From contig OZ024741.1 of assembly GCA_964016885.1 (NCBI GenBank), positions 305,226,001 to 305,290,000 on the forward strand: 64,000 bases of DNA, given 5' to 3'. Source of the DNA: Eledone cirrhosa. Lineage: Eukaryota. Position 1 is the stretch's first letter. Each line of letters opens with the position of its first letter. This document shows positions 1 to 15,285 of this stretch, piece by piece. A program made the translations under genes and the position numbers. The notes beneath the pieces were generated by a model. That model was given only the letters and a program-made list of their open reading frames with translations. It was not told the origin of the DNA and did no database searches.

Positions 1-840
1 CATGCTCCGCTGGATGTGCAATAGTAATATACGTGAACGGCAAAGCATAAACGAACTAAGGAAAAAATTAGAAATAAGAGGGATCAGATGTTGTTTACTC
101 GAGAGAAGGCTACGTTGGTACGGTCACGTGATGCGCATGAAAGACGACAGCTGTATAACAAAGTGCAGGGCAATAAAGATAGACGGTAGCCACGGAGTAG
201 GCAGACCCAGAAAAACATGGGACGAGCTGATAAATTCCGACCTCACACGCTTACACCTCTCCAAGACAATGTCACTGGACCGAGACCTTTGGCGGTACTC
301 AGTAATAGAGAAGACCCGCCTTACCTAAATACAAAGTAAAAACCTACTACAGTCAGTAGGCATCTCTATCAAAACACACCCCCGTCCCACCACCTCCACC
401 CCACCCACACCGCCCCTTTCAATGTAAAGTTATGTTGGTCCCACAACATCCAGGCCGAAACAAATGAGATCGTGTAGGTGTCACGACAAAAAACACACAG
501 TCCACGCTGTAAATGTGGCCGTGTAGGCAACACGGTAAAAACCTCCCAGCCCCACACTGTAAATGTGGTTGGTGTTAGGAAGGGCATCCAGCTGTAGAAA
601 ACCCGCCAGACAGTCCACGCTGTAATGTGGCCGTGTAGGCAACACGGTAAAAACCTCCCAGCCCCACACTGTAAATGTGGTTGGTGTTAGGAAGGGCATC
701 CAACTGTAGAAAACCCGCCAGACAGTCCTATGCGAGCAAGACAACCACTCTTGCCTCAAGTGGGAAAACCCCCGTCCAAACCCATGCAAGCGTGGAACAC
801 GGACGCTAAACCTGATGATGATGATGATGATGATGATGAT
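1..840 (+). mobile_element. RTE-clade LINE 3' fragment (ORF C-terminus 2-328, 3' UTR, (GAT)n tail)
   Basis: RRLRWYGHVMRM...GRPRKTW is the typical RTE C-terminus. The UTR has an internal ~115 bp tandem duplication and ends in (GAT)n at ~814-840. Near-identical to the copies at 6555, 24391 and 48424. Confidence 0.95.
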
Positions 841-1338
841 GTACGTGTACATACTTATATTTAAGTAACAGCCGTACTAAGAGTGGGAAATGAAATTTTG
901 TTTCATTTTTTCCGTTTATCGTTTTCGGTGCACCCGGCCAATTAACCCACTCGATATGCAAATTGTGCTTCTCAGCTGTTAATATGCATAAGGTAAGTAT
1001 ATACGTTGAACAATCTGGCAGGAAGGTATACGTTGCTGACGATAGCTAATAAGCTTGAAACAGGTACAGCGTTCCTTTGTCAGTGTTGAACAAACGAGCA
1101 ACGATGGTTGCTGGACACTACGGCTTAATACGGGATGTTTGTTTACAAACACACCGAGCATTATAATAAATGTTCGGTGAATCCATATGTACATATATAT
1201 GTGTGTATGTATGTATGTATATATATACATACTACTGTACGTCTGTATACATATATGTTTGTACGTGTACATACTTATATTTAAGTAACAGCCGTACTAA
1301 GAGTGGGAAATGAAATTTCGTTTCATTTTTTCCGTTTA
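841..1338 (+). mobile_element. Non-coding HHR-bearing unit (420 bp monomer plus ~78 bp wrap-around repeat); retrozyme-like or solo PLE pseudo-LTR
   Basis: 841-918 is repeated at 1261-1338. Contains a hammerhead. Homologous to 18747-19322 but starts at a different point. Confidence 0.8.
1030..1072 (+). ncRNA. Minimal type I hammerhead ribozyme (family 1)
   Basis: ACGUUG-CUGACGA-UAGCU AAUA AGCUU-GAAA-CAGG-UA/CAGCGU. Helix I ACGUUG:CAGCGU. The helix III palindrome is degenerate in this copy. Confidence 0.75.
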
Positions 1339-3704
<2,366 letters not shown>

Positions 3705-5898
3705 CAAATCTATCAAAGACTAGGGGGAGGGGGGGGGGGCGGGGTACTAAGGCTACATGGGGCCAAAGGGCAGCCTCGGGTGGGCGAGAACAGACGCCGA
3801 CAAAGGAGAAGAGCTGGGGTAGAAGGACAAAGGAGAGAGGGGGGAAGGAAATAAAGGAAGCGATAAAAGAATACAAAGAAGATCTTACGTCTTCCTTGGC
3901 AAGCAGGGGTTACCCATTGGAAAATCGGCAACTGGGGTGTTATAGCCCTAGTCTACCCCCCCCGGGTCATTATGGGGTTTGAGGGCGAGGTAAGTCCTAC
4001 GCACAATCCTCCCCACAACGCAGAGGTGACTACTCCCATCGGGAAACTATTCTTTAGGCTCATTGAAAAACACTTCCCATTACAACACCGCTACCACAAC
4101 ATAATTAACAAAAATACCATCAAACTCTCTTACAGCACTACACCAAACTTCGCACAAAAGTCTCCTCTAACAACAAAAAACTCAACCCCGATGGCAGAAA
4201 TAACCTAATTAGCAGTGGAGAACCGACCAGGAGGTGTAACTGCCCGGATAGATCTATTTGCCCACTCGACAATAGATGCAGAGACCGTAATGTGATCTAC
4301 CAGTGCAACGTGAGGACGGATACCTCCAACAAAGCCTATATAGGACTTACCGCATGTGACTTCAAGACCCGGCTATACCAACTTAGACATACCTTCCGAA
4401 ACCCGGCCCGGCGTCACGCCACTACACTTTCGGGCCACTTATGGGACCTCAAGGACAACAACATCACCTATGATCTCACTTGGAGATTACTGTCCAGAGC
4501 CAATTCTTACACGGGAGGACGCCGTCCGTGCAATTTATGCTCGGAGGAAACTTTACAAATGCTGTTTTCGACGGACCAACTCCTAAACAAGAAAGATGAA
4601 CTGGTTACTGCATGTTAACATAGATTGCGTAGGACTTACCTCGCCCTCAAACCCCATAATGACCCGGGGGGGTAGACTAGGGCTATAACACCCCAGTTGC
4701 CGATTTTGCAATGGGTAACCCCTGCTTGCCAAGGAAGACGTAAGATCTTCTTTGTATTCTTTTATCGCTTCCTTTATTTCCTTCCCCCTCTCTCCTTTGT
4801 CCTTCTACCCCAGCTCTTCTCCTTTGTCGGCGTCTTTTCTCGCCCACCCGAGGCTGCCCTTTGGCCCCATGTAGCCTTAGTACCCCGCCCCCCCCCCCCC
4901 CCCCCCTCCCCTAGTCTTTGATAGATTTGGCGGACTCCGCCCTTTATAGCAGTTGGCTTAGACCCCGGATATTTTCCCCCTTTTTCCGACCGCTCCCACT
5001 ATTCTCTGTGCCCTCTATATTTCTTAGTGGCACATGCCTTATTTTTTCGTTTCAGTATTTCTTGCTTCGCTTTTCTTCTGGGCGGAGTGGATTCTGAATT
5101 TATTTCTCCGTATTCTACCTTTATTTCGTACGAACTTTCATGTAGCTTGTTTTAGATCTTTTAGAGTTAGCATTAGTATATATTTTTCTCGGGACTCAGA
5201 ATTATTATCTCGTACAAGTTCACTTTGCTGCACTGGGTCGTTGCTGGCCCGGGATGGAAACCTTTATTGTTTATTTCGTGGTAGTCTCTTTAGTATTTTG
5301 GCCCCTTTTGTTGACCCGTCACCGTATCATTTACGTACTTATACCTCTTAAAAGGGTCCTTGCCTTATCCGTCCCACCTAGTTCTCTTACTTATTTCCTT
5401 ATTTATTTATTTATTTATTTATTTACTTCTTTCTTTCTTTCTTTATTTTATTCTCGCCTAACAATAGCCTGACACCTAGGTCGTAGAATTTAATTTACTT
5501 TACTTTTTTCTTTACACTTATTTGCTTTTCTTCACTCTCAGTATTTTTTCTTTCCTATTTCTACCCCCCATTGTTCTACCTACCGTTCCGACCTCCTCCC
5601 CCTCCCCCTCCCCTGTATCTTCTTTGACCTCATGCCCAGCTGTAGCTGGCACTACCAACGCTTGATTGGGTCTACTCCACCCCCTCCCCTCTTTCTCCTA
5701 CTGGCAGGTTTAGCCACCATCTCCCCTACTAATTTGCAACCACAGAATTACTACTGATTTTTGACAATCACTTTGACCATATATGGAATTACCCCTTGAG
5801 AAGATCGGCTATTTAAATACCAGGATAAATTTTCATTTAGTCCAGAATTAGCCGTCGAAACGGCTTGAGCTCAGCTGTCGGGGTCTTACTGGTTCCTA
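3705..5898 (+). mobile_element. 5'-truncated Penelope-like element (Naiad-type) with inverted 5' partial repeat
   Basis: Frameshifted linker and GIY-YIG remnant at ~4004-4640 (KHFP..H.Y..I.NKNTIKLSYS, CNC..CPL..C, IYQC..YIGLT, CNLC..E..LNK). 3705-4003 is the reverse complement of 4626-4929. HHR at the 3' end. (TA)n flanks. Confidence 0.9.
5791..5884 (+). ncRNA. Type I hammerhead ribozyme, U3-A8 core variant (family 2)
   Basis: ACCCC-UUGAGAA-GAUCGGCUA..long loop..UAGCCGUC-GAAA-CGGCU UGAGCUC AGCUG-UC/GGGGU. Confidence 0.8.
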
Positions 5899-5934
<36 letters not shown>

Positions 5935-6178
5935 TATATATATATATATATATAATTATATATATATATATATATATATATAATTATATATATATATATA
6001 ATTATATATATATATATAATTATATATATATATAATTATATATATAATTATATATATATAATTATATATATAATTATATATATATAATTATATATTTATA
6101 TATATATAATTATATATTTATATATATATATATAATTATATATTTATATATATATATATAATTATATATGTATATAAT

Positions 6179-6211
<33 letters not shown>

Positions 6212-6554
6212 ATTATATATATATATAATTATATATATAATTATATATATATAATTATATATATAATTATATATATATAATTATATATTTATATATATAT
6301 ATAATTATATATTTATATATATATATATAATTATATATTTATATATATATATATAATTATATATTTATATATATATATATAATTATATATTTATATATAT
6401 ATATATAATTATATATGTATATAATTATATATATAATTATATATATATATAATTATATATGTATATAATTATATATATAATTATATATATATATAATTAT
6501 ATATATAATTATATATATATATAATTATATATATATATATAATTATATATATAT
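5899..6554. repeat. (TA)n/TAATTA array
   Basis: Directly visible. Confidence 0.97.
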
Positions 6555-7503
6555 GGGTGACAAAATCAGCAGTGGGGGAGGGTGCTCTGAAAGTACAGTA
6601 GCTAGAGTCAGAACTGGGTGGAAAAAGTTCAGAGAGCTTACACCACTATTAGCCGCTAGAGGGTTCTCCCTAAAAATGAAAGGCAGGTTGTATGATGCCT
6701 GCATACGAACAGCAATGTTGCATGGCAGTGAGACCTGGGCATTGTGTGCAGAGGATATACGCAGACTAGAGAGGAACGAAGCTTGCATGCTCCGCTGGAT
6801 GTGTAATAGTAATATACGTGAACGGCAAAGCATAAACGAACTAAGGAAAAAATTAGAAATAAGAGGGATCAGATGCTGTTTACTCGAGAGAAGGCTACGT
6901 TGGTACGGTCACGTGATGCGCATGAAAGTCGATAGCTGTATAACAAAGTGCAGGGCAATAAAGATAGACGGTAGCCACGGAATAGGCAGACCCAGAAAAA
7001 CCTGGGACGAGCTGATAAACTCCGACCTCACACGCTTACACCTCTCCAAGACAATGTCACTGGACAGAGACCTTTGGCGGTACTCAGTAATAGAGAAGAC
7101 CCGCCTTACCTAAATACAAAGTAAAACCTACTACAGTCAGTAGGCATCTCTAACAAAATACACGCCCGTCCCACCACCCCCACCCCATCCACACCGCCCC
7201 CTCTATGTAAAGTTATGTTGGTGCCACACCATCCAGGCCGAAACAAATGAGATCGTGTAGGTGTCACGACAAAAAAACACACACTCCACGCTGTAATGTG
7301 GCCGTGTAGGAAACACGGTAAAAACCTCCCAGACCCACACTGTAAATGTGGTTGGTGTTAGGAAGGGCATCCAACTGTAGAAAACCTGCCAGACAGTCCT
7401 ATGCGAGCAAGACAATCACTCTTGCCTCAAGTGGGAAAACCCCCGTCCAAACCCATGCAAGCGTGGAACACGGACGTTAAACGATGATGATGATGATGAT
7501 GAT
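6555..7503 (+). mobile_element. 5'-truncated RTE LINE
   Basis: ORF 6553-7113 (post-RT region, LHGSETW, RRLRWYGHV), followed by 3' UTR and (GAT)n tail. Confidence 0.95.
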
Positions 7504-7508
7504 ATATA

Positions 7509-7550
<42 letters not shown>

Positions 7551-7893
7551 TATATATATAATTATATATATATAATTATATATATATAATTATATATATA
7601 TATATATAATTATATATGTATATATATATATAATTATATATATATAATTATATAATTATATATATATATAATTATATATATATAATTATATATATATATA
7701 TAAAATTATATATATATATATATAAAATTATATATATATAATATAATTATATATATATATATATATAATTATATTTATATATATATATAATTATATATAT
7801 ATAATATAATTATATATATATATATATATAATTATATTTATATATATATATAATTATATATATATAATATAATTATATATATATATATATATA

Positions 7894-7937
<44 letters not shown>

Positions 7938-8690
7938 TATATATATATATATATAATTATATATATATATAATTATATATATATATAATTATATAATTAT
8001 ATATATATATATATATAATTATATATATATATATATATAATTATATATATATATATAATTATATATATATATATATATATATAATTATATATATATATAT
8101 ATATAATTATATATATATATATATAATTATATATATATATATATATAATTATATATATATATATATATAATTATATATATATATATATATATAATTATAT
8201 ATATATATATATATATAATTATATATATATATAATTATATATATATATATATATAATATATATAATATATATATATATATATATAATTATATATATATAT
8301 ATATATATATATAATTATATATATATATATATATAATTATATATATATATATATATATATATAATTATATATATATATATATATATATATAATTATATAT
8401 ATATATATATATATAATTATATATATATATATATATATAATTATATATATATATATATAATTATATATATATAATTATATATATATATAATTATATATAT
8501 ATATATATAATTATATATATATATATATAATTATATATATATATATAATTATATATATATATATATAATTATATATATATATATAATTATATATATATAT
8601 ATATATATATATAATTATATATATATATAATATATATATATATATAATTATATATATATATATAATTATATATATATATATATATATATA

Positions 8691-8730
<40 letters not shown>

Positions 8731-8746
8731 TATATATATATATATA

Positions 8747-8794
<48 letters not shown>

Positions 8795-9300
8795 TATATA
8801 TATATATATATATATAATTATATATATATATATAATTATATATATATATATAATTATATATATATATATATATATATAATTATATATATATATATATATA
8901 ATTATATATATATATATATAATTATATATATATATATATATATATAATTATATATATATATATATAATTATATATATATATATATATAATTATATATATA
9001 TATATATATAATTATATATATATATATAATTATATATATATATATATATATAATTATATATATATATATATATAATTATATATATATATATATATATATA
9101 ATTATATATATATATATATAATTATATATATATATATATATATATATAATTATATATATATATATATAATTATATATATATATATATATATATAATTATA
9201 TATATATATATATATATAATTATATATATATATATATAATTATATATATATATATATATATAATTATATATATATATATTTATAATTATATATATATAAT

Positions 9301-9332
<32 letters not shown>

Positions 9333-10614
9333 TATATATATATATATATAATTAAATATATATATATATATATAATTATATATATATATATTTATAATTA
9401 TATATATATAATTATATATATATATATATATATAATTAAATATATATATATATAATTAAATATATATATATATATATAATTATATATATATATATAATTA
9501 TATATATATATATATAATTAAATATATATATATATATAATTAAATATATATATATATATGTAATTAAATATATATATATATATATAATTATATTTATATA
9601 TATATATATATATAATTATATTTATATATATATATATATATAATTATATATATATATATAATTATATTATATATATATAATTATATATATATATAAATGT
9701 AATTATATATATATATATATATATAATTATATTTATATATATATATATATATATAATTATATATATATATATAATTATATTATATATATATAATTATATA
9801 TATATATAAATGTAATTATATATATATATATATAATTATATTTATATATATATATATATATATATATAATTATATTTATATATATATATATATATAATTA
9901 TATATATATATAATTATATATATATATAAATGTAATTATATATATATATATATATATAATTATATTATATATATATAATTATATATATATAATTTTATAT
10001 ATATAAATGTAATTATATATATATATATATATAATTATATTATATATATATAATTATATATATATAATTTTATATATATATATATAATTTTATATATATA
10101 TATATAATTATATATATATATATTTTTATATATATATATTTAATTATATATATATATACATATATAATTATATATATATACATATATAATTATATATATA
10201 TTTACATATATAATTATATATATATACATATATAATTATATATATATACATATATAATTATATATATATACATATATATATATTTATATAATTATATATA
10301 TATATATAATTATATTTATATATATATATATATATATAATTATATTTATATAATTATATATATATATATATAATTATATTTATATATATATATATATATA
10401 TAATTATATTTATATAATTATATATATATATATATAATTATATTTATATATATATATATATATATAATTATATTTATATAATTATATATATATATATATA
10501 TATAATTATATTTATATATATATATATAATTATATTTATATAATTATATATATATATATATATATAATTATATTTATATATATATATATAATTATATTTA
10601 TATAATTATATATA
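7504..10614. repeat. ~3.1 kb (TA)n/TAATTA array with local variant blocks
   Basis: Directly visible. Confidence 0.98.
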
Positions 10615-10723
10615 GTAATAATAATAAAATTGAAGACTAAAATCCAAAGAGGGCTCGATAAGGAAAATATATATCAAATATATAAGAACCGTAGAGCAAA
10701 TATTTATTAAAATAACAGATTAA

Positions 10724-10774
10724 AGTTTAAGCAAAGAATCGCTGCTTTCACCCTTAACGGGATCTTCTGAAACT
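10724..10774 (-). ncRNA. Hammerhead motif (family 3), core reads CAGAAGA (U4A)
   Basis: AGUUU-CAGAAGA-UCCC GUUAA GGGU-GAAA-GCA..UGC-UU/AAACU. Confidence 0.65.
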
Positions 10775-11692
10775 AACAAAGTCAATCTGTAAACGCAGAA
10801 CTGGATATTTCGAAAAACGTTGCAACCGGAGGAAGACAGGAAGACGATACTTTGGTTCGTGGTAACGTTCGCTGGCAAAGAACGGGAAAAAACGAATAAT
10901 ACGTCATTAATAGGAGCGGTGAAAAACAATTACGCGCAAAGACAAAACCACGTTAATGGTATAAAAGAGGTCGTAGACTAATGTTCTCTTAGGTGGTGCA
11001 TAGAGACGTTCTCTGGCAATGAACGAAAAAACGAAGATAATAAGTCATATGTGGAGCGTGGAGAACAATAGCACGCAAAGACAAACCCACGTAAATGGTA
11101 TAGCAGAAATCGTAGACTAAAATTCTAACTAGGAGACCAAATGAATCTCCGCTACAGAGTTAAGAACAAAGTAAATAAATACAATACAGAAGTAATAGGA
11201 ACAAATAAATACATACACGCAAACAGATACGTACATACACAAGCATACGCAAAACCTTACCATGGGTATACAAAACCACGCACATATAAGTATGTGTGTG
11301 TGTGTATGCTTGTGTACAAATAAATAAATAATTATATAAACGTATATAAGTAAATAAATACGTATATAACAAGCGCACACGCATACCTACATATAAATAC
11401 ACGAATGTTCGGAGACGTAAGTCAACTAAAACAAGAAGTACACACACCCACCATACGTACGAACCTGCACACTCACGCGGACGCAAAACTCCCGTATACA
11501 CAAGCCAAACCCTAAAACCAGAATATGTAAAAATTATACGCTATAACAGTCAAATATACGTACGAGAAGGTATACATACCTTCACAAAACATACGGGTAA
11601 TATATACTTACCTATGCAAATACGTAAAGGAATAAACAAAACATATACTTAGCTCCCACATCAAGACGTAAAATATCCACGTATAGATCGTG

Positions 11693-13495
11693 CTATCCGT
11701 TAGGGTATAACGTGGGGCTGTAATACAGGAAAGTTTCGTGCAATTTATGTTTACAAGCCGAAATTGCCTCAGATTTTTTGTTTAAGATGTGGTCTGTAGC
11801 GTAGAGTATTTCCAGGGCTTCAGCGGCGCAGAGGTCACATGGTCTTTTATTTCCGTTATACGATCTAGCCCTGGCTAGGATCTCCCAGTGTAACTTATAT
11901 TGGGTGTGGTTGTCTTTTAGACTCCAGATATAAGCTGAAAGTGGCGTCATATTCCTTCTTAGAGGGTAACGAAAAGAATGGGTATGCATGTAAAGACGCT
12001 GCTTGAAACTATTGGCGGTTAACCCTATGTAGGCCCTACGGGACGTGGGTGTTACAACCTTACATTTGTAGACAATGTTACTAGAGAGGCATTTCCCGGA
12101 TAGGGGGCAATCAGCCCGATTCCTACAATTACAGTTAGTACTACCTACAGGGTTGCACGTGTTCCTACGGCTAGGTAGTTTAGCTAAATTTGAAGCTGTG
12201 ATGTTATGTGCAAGGTTAGGAGTCGTAGAGTAAGAAATTTTAATAGTATTTCTATTAAAAATGTTACTATATTTATGTGTAGGGGGAAAATGCTTCGTAA
12301 TAAGGGAAAGAAAGATCTTAGCTAATGGTGTGGCCACCTCCATATTATATGGTGGGTTAAACCAACAAATGCGACGGGATCTATTTCTTCTAGGTCTATT
12401 TTCGTACACTGTATATGCTACCTTATCGACAAATCCACTTCGAGCAAGAGCTTCATTGTAATAAGTGGAATGGTCGTTGAAAATGCGCTCGTTGGTGGAA
12501 AGACGGGAAAGCCTCAACGAAACGTTTCTTACCAGGTTCTTGGTTATGCTGGCAGGATGGTTGGAATGCTTACTTATGTAATTAAGCGTATCATTCGGCT
12601 TTCTATACGGGTAATACAACCCATTCAATAAATTGAGGGTAACGTCGAGGTAATTAACGACCGAGAGATTGGCCTCAACCTGTATAGAGAGGTAGAAGCC
12701 TTTAAAGAAGGCTGTGAGTTCTTTTCTGAACCTGTCGCAAGCACGAGGTCCGCACTTAGTCATGGTCAAAAGACCATCGTCACGGTACAAACCACCGCCC
12801 GCGTTGGGGAATTCGTCCTTGATAGAGAAAAGAAGGAAAAGGCCAATAAGATCAGTAACCTCCGCAGAGTCACTGGCGCCCATACTCACGTCGAATGGGG
12901 TACTATTGGATTTTTTAATCCAAATAGAGTCGTCGAAATTAATCACCGACTTTCGGGCATTAAGGATGACATCAACTTCAAAATCCTTAACCACTGTGAG
13001 TGTTTTAGCGAAATTGATAGCTCTAAGGAGAAGAGGTAAAGTGATGGAGGAGTAGTAATTGTTGATGTCGAATTGGATAAAACGGCAATGTTCCTTGTTA
13101 CATATGCCGTTGAACCAATCAATCACCGCGAAAGAATTGTTCCACAGTGCGAGAGGGGCCAAACTTCTAATTTCAGGTATAATTCTATCAAGAATCGTTT
13201 TACTAAGTCTACCTAAACCGGACTTCGTAGGGTTAATAAGCCGAATAGAGGGGTTGTTCAGAAAATTGGATTTGTGATCCTTCAGGGTAAAGTGGGGAGA
13301 GATAGGGTCCAGAGGTTCGGTCCGGTCCAGGATGTTGAGATCAGATGTGATTTTAAACCCAGCATCGTTGATTTCATTGATGACGCACCGATTAGTTTTA
13401 CGGTAATCCTTAGTTACAGCATTATGTAGTAGTTGATGGTAAGTACTGCGCTCCACTTGATATAGGTTGCCAGTTTTGTCGGAATGGACGTGCAC
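11693..13495 (-). CDS. PLE reverse transcriptase plus GIY-YIG endonuclease, uninterrupted but 5'-truncated
   Basis: SDKTG, FIQFDINNYYSSI, FDVSMG, GLYRDDGL, NYLDVTLNL, WFNPPY, CNC-x5-CPL-x3-C, IVYKC..YIGLT, CDLC..LNKKSE..CKH. Confidence 0.92.
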   Translation of the reverse strand: MHVHSDKTGNLYQVERSTYHQLLHNAVTKDYRKTNRCVINEINDAGFKITSDLNILDRTEPLDPISPHFTLKDHKSNFLNNPSIRLINPTKSGLGRLSKTILDRIIPEIRSLAPLALWNNSFAVIDWFNGICNKEHCRFIQFDINNYYSSITLPLLLRAINFAKTLTVVKDFEVDVILNARKSVINFDDSIWIKKSNSTPFDVSMGASDSAEVTDLIGLFLLFSIKDEFPNAGGGLYRDDGLLTMTKCGPRACDRFRKELTAFFKGFYLSIQVEANLSVVNYLDVTLNLLNGLYYPYRKPNDTLNYISKHSNHPASITKNLVRNVSLRLSRLSTNERIFNDHSTYYNEALARSGFVDKVAYTVYENRPRRNRSRRICWFNPPYNMEVATPLAKIFLSLITKHFPPTHKYSNIFNRNTIKISYSTTPNLAHNITASNLAKLPSRRNTCNPVGSTNCNCRNRADCPLSGKCLSSNIVYKCKVVTPTSRRAYIGLTANSFKQRLYMHTHSFRYPLRRNMTPLSAYIWSLKDNHTQYKLHWEILARARSYNGNKRPCDLCAAEALEILYATDHILNKKSEAISACKHKLHETFLYYSPTLYPNG

Positions 13496-13535
13496 GGCGT
13501 TAGAATCCTTAATAGAACGAATTCTATTCTTCAGG

Positions 13536-14044
13536 TCACAGCTTCAAATTTAGCTAAACTACCTAGCCGTAGGAACACGTGCAACCCTGTAGGTAGTACT
13601 AACTGTAATTGTAGGAATCGGGCTGATTGCCCCCTATCCGGGAAATGCCTCTCTAGTAACATTGTCTACAAATGTAAGGTTGTAACACCCACGTCCCGTA
13701 GGGCCTACATAGGGTTAACCGCCAATAGTTTCAAGCAGCGTCTTTACATGCATACCCATTCTTTTCGTTACCCTCTAAGAAGGAATATGACGTCACTTTC
13801 AGCTTATATCTGGAGTCTAAAAGACAACCACACCCAATATAAGTTACACTGGGAGATCCTAGCCAGGGCTAGATCGTATAACGGAAATAAAAGACCATGT
13901 GACCTCTGCGCCGCTGAAGCCCTGGAAATACTCTACGCTACAGACCACATCTTAAACAAAAAATCTGAGGCAATTTCGGCTTGTAAACATAAATTGCACA
14001 AAACTTTCCTGTATTACAGCCCCACGTTATACCCTAACGGATAG
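13536..14044 (+). pseudogene. Inverted duplicate of the PLE GIY-YIG endonuclease coding region
   Basis: ORF 13484-14044 repeats the C-terminal part of the 11693-13495 protein almost exactly. Confidence 0.9.
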
Positions 14045-14962
14045 CACGATCTATAAGTGGATATTTTACGTCTTGATGTGGGAGCTAAGTATATGTTTTG
14101 TTTATTCCTTTACGTATTTGCATAGGTAAGTATATATTACCCGTATGTTTTGTGAAGGTATGTATACCTTCTCGTACGTATATTTGACTGTTATAGCGTA
14201 TAATTTTTACATATTCTGGTTTTAGGGTTTGGCTTGTGTATACGGGAGTTTTGCGTCCGCGTGAGTGTGCAGGTTCGTACGTATGGTGGGTGTGTGTACT
14301 TCTTGTTTTAGTTGACTTACGTCTCCGAACATTCGTGTATTTATATGTAGGTATGCGTGTGCGCTTGTTATATACGTATTTATTTACTTATATACGTTTA
14401 TATAATTATTTATTTATTTGTACACAAGCATACACACACACACATACTTATATGTGCGTGGTTTTGTATACCCATGGTAAGGTTTTGCGTATGCTTGTGT
14501 ATGTACGTATCTGTTTGCGTGTATGTATTTATTTGTTCCTATTACTTCTGTATTGTATTTATTTACTTTGTTCTTAACTCTGTAGCGGAGATTCATTTGG
14601 TCTCCTAGTTAGAATTTTAGTCTACGATTTCTGCTATACCATTTACGTGGGTTTGTCTTTGCGTGCTATTGTTCTCCACGCTCCACATATGACTTATTAT
14701 CTTCGTTTTTTCGTTCATTGCCAGAGAACGTCTCTATGCACCACCTAAGAGAACATTAGTCTACGACCTCTTTTATACCATAAACGTGGTTTTGTCTTTG
14801 CGCGTAATTGTTTTTCACCGCTCCTATTAATGACGTATTATTCGTTTTTTCCCGTTCTTTGCCAGCGAACGTTACCACGAACCAAAGTATCGTCTTCCTG
14901 TCTTCCTCCGGTTGCAACGTTTTTTGAAATATCCAGTTCTGCGTTTACAGATTGACTTTGTT

Positions 14963-15013
14963 AGTTTCAGAAGATCCCGTTAAGGGTGAAAGCAGCGATT
15001 CTTTGGTTAAACT
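14963..15013 (+). ncRNA. Hammerhead motif (family 3), inverted-arm copy
   Basis: Mirror of 10724-10774 with one further substitution in helix III. Confidence 0.6.
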
Positions 15014-15219
15014 TTAATCTGTTATTTTAATAAATATAATTATATATATATATATATATTATAATTATATATATATAATTATATATATGTAAAGTTATAT
15101 TTAAAATTGTTGGGTTACAACTAGTAAATATTTATAACTGATATAAAAGCACTCGACAAATACTTGGAGTATATTTACAATATTAAATAAATGGAAAACT
15201 ATATTTATAAAACCATATT

Positions 15220-15285
15220 TATTTCATTATATATATTTCGGGGATATCATATTAACAATATGCTATGCCTTCATCAGACAAAATA
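15220..15285 (-). ncRNA. Type I hammerhead (family 4)
   Basis: Reverse complement of 17247-17312. Confidence 0.78.

Larger units (their letters stand above)
10615..15037 (-). mobile_element. Penelope-like element (Naiad-type) with 1.5 kb inverted duplication of its 3' end
   Basis: 10700-12201 is the reverse complement of 13536-15037 with only a few substitutions. RT+EN ORF on the minus strand. HHR near the 3' end. Confidence 0.95.
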
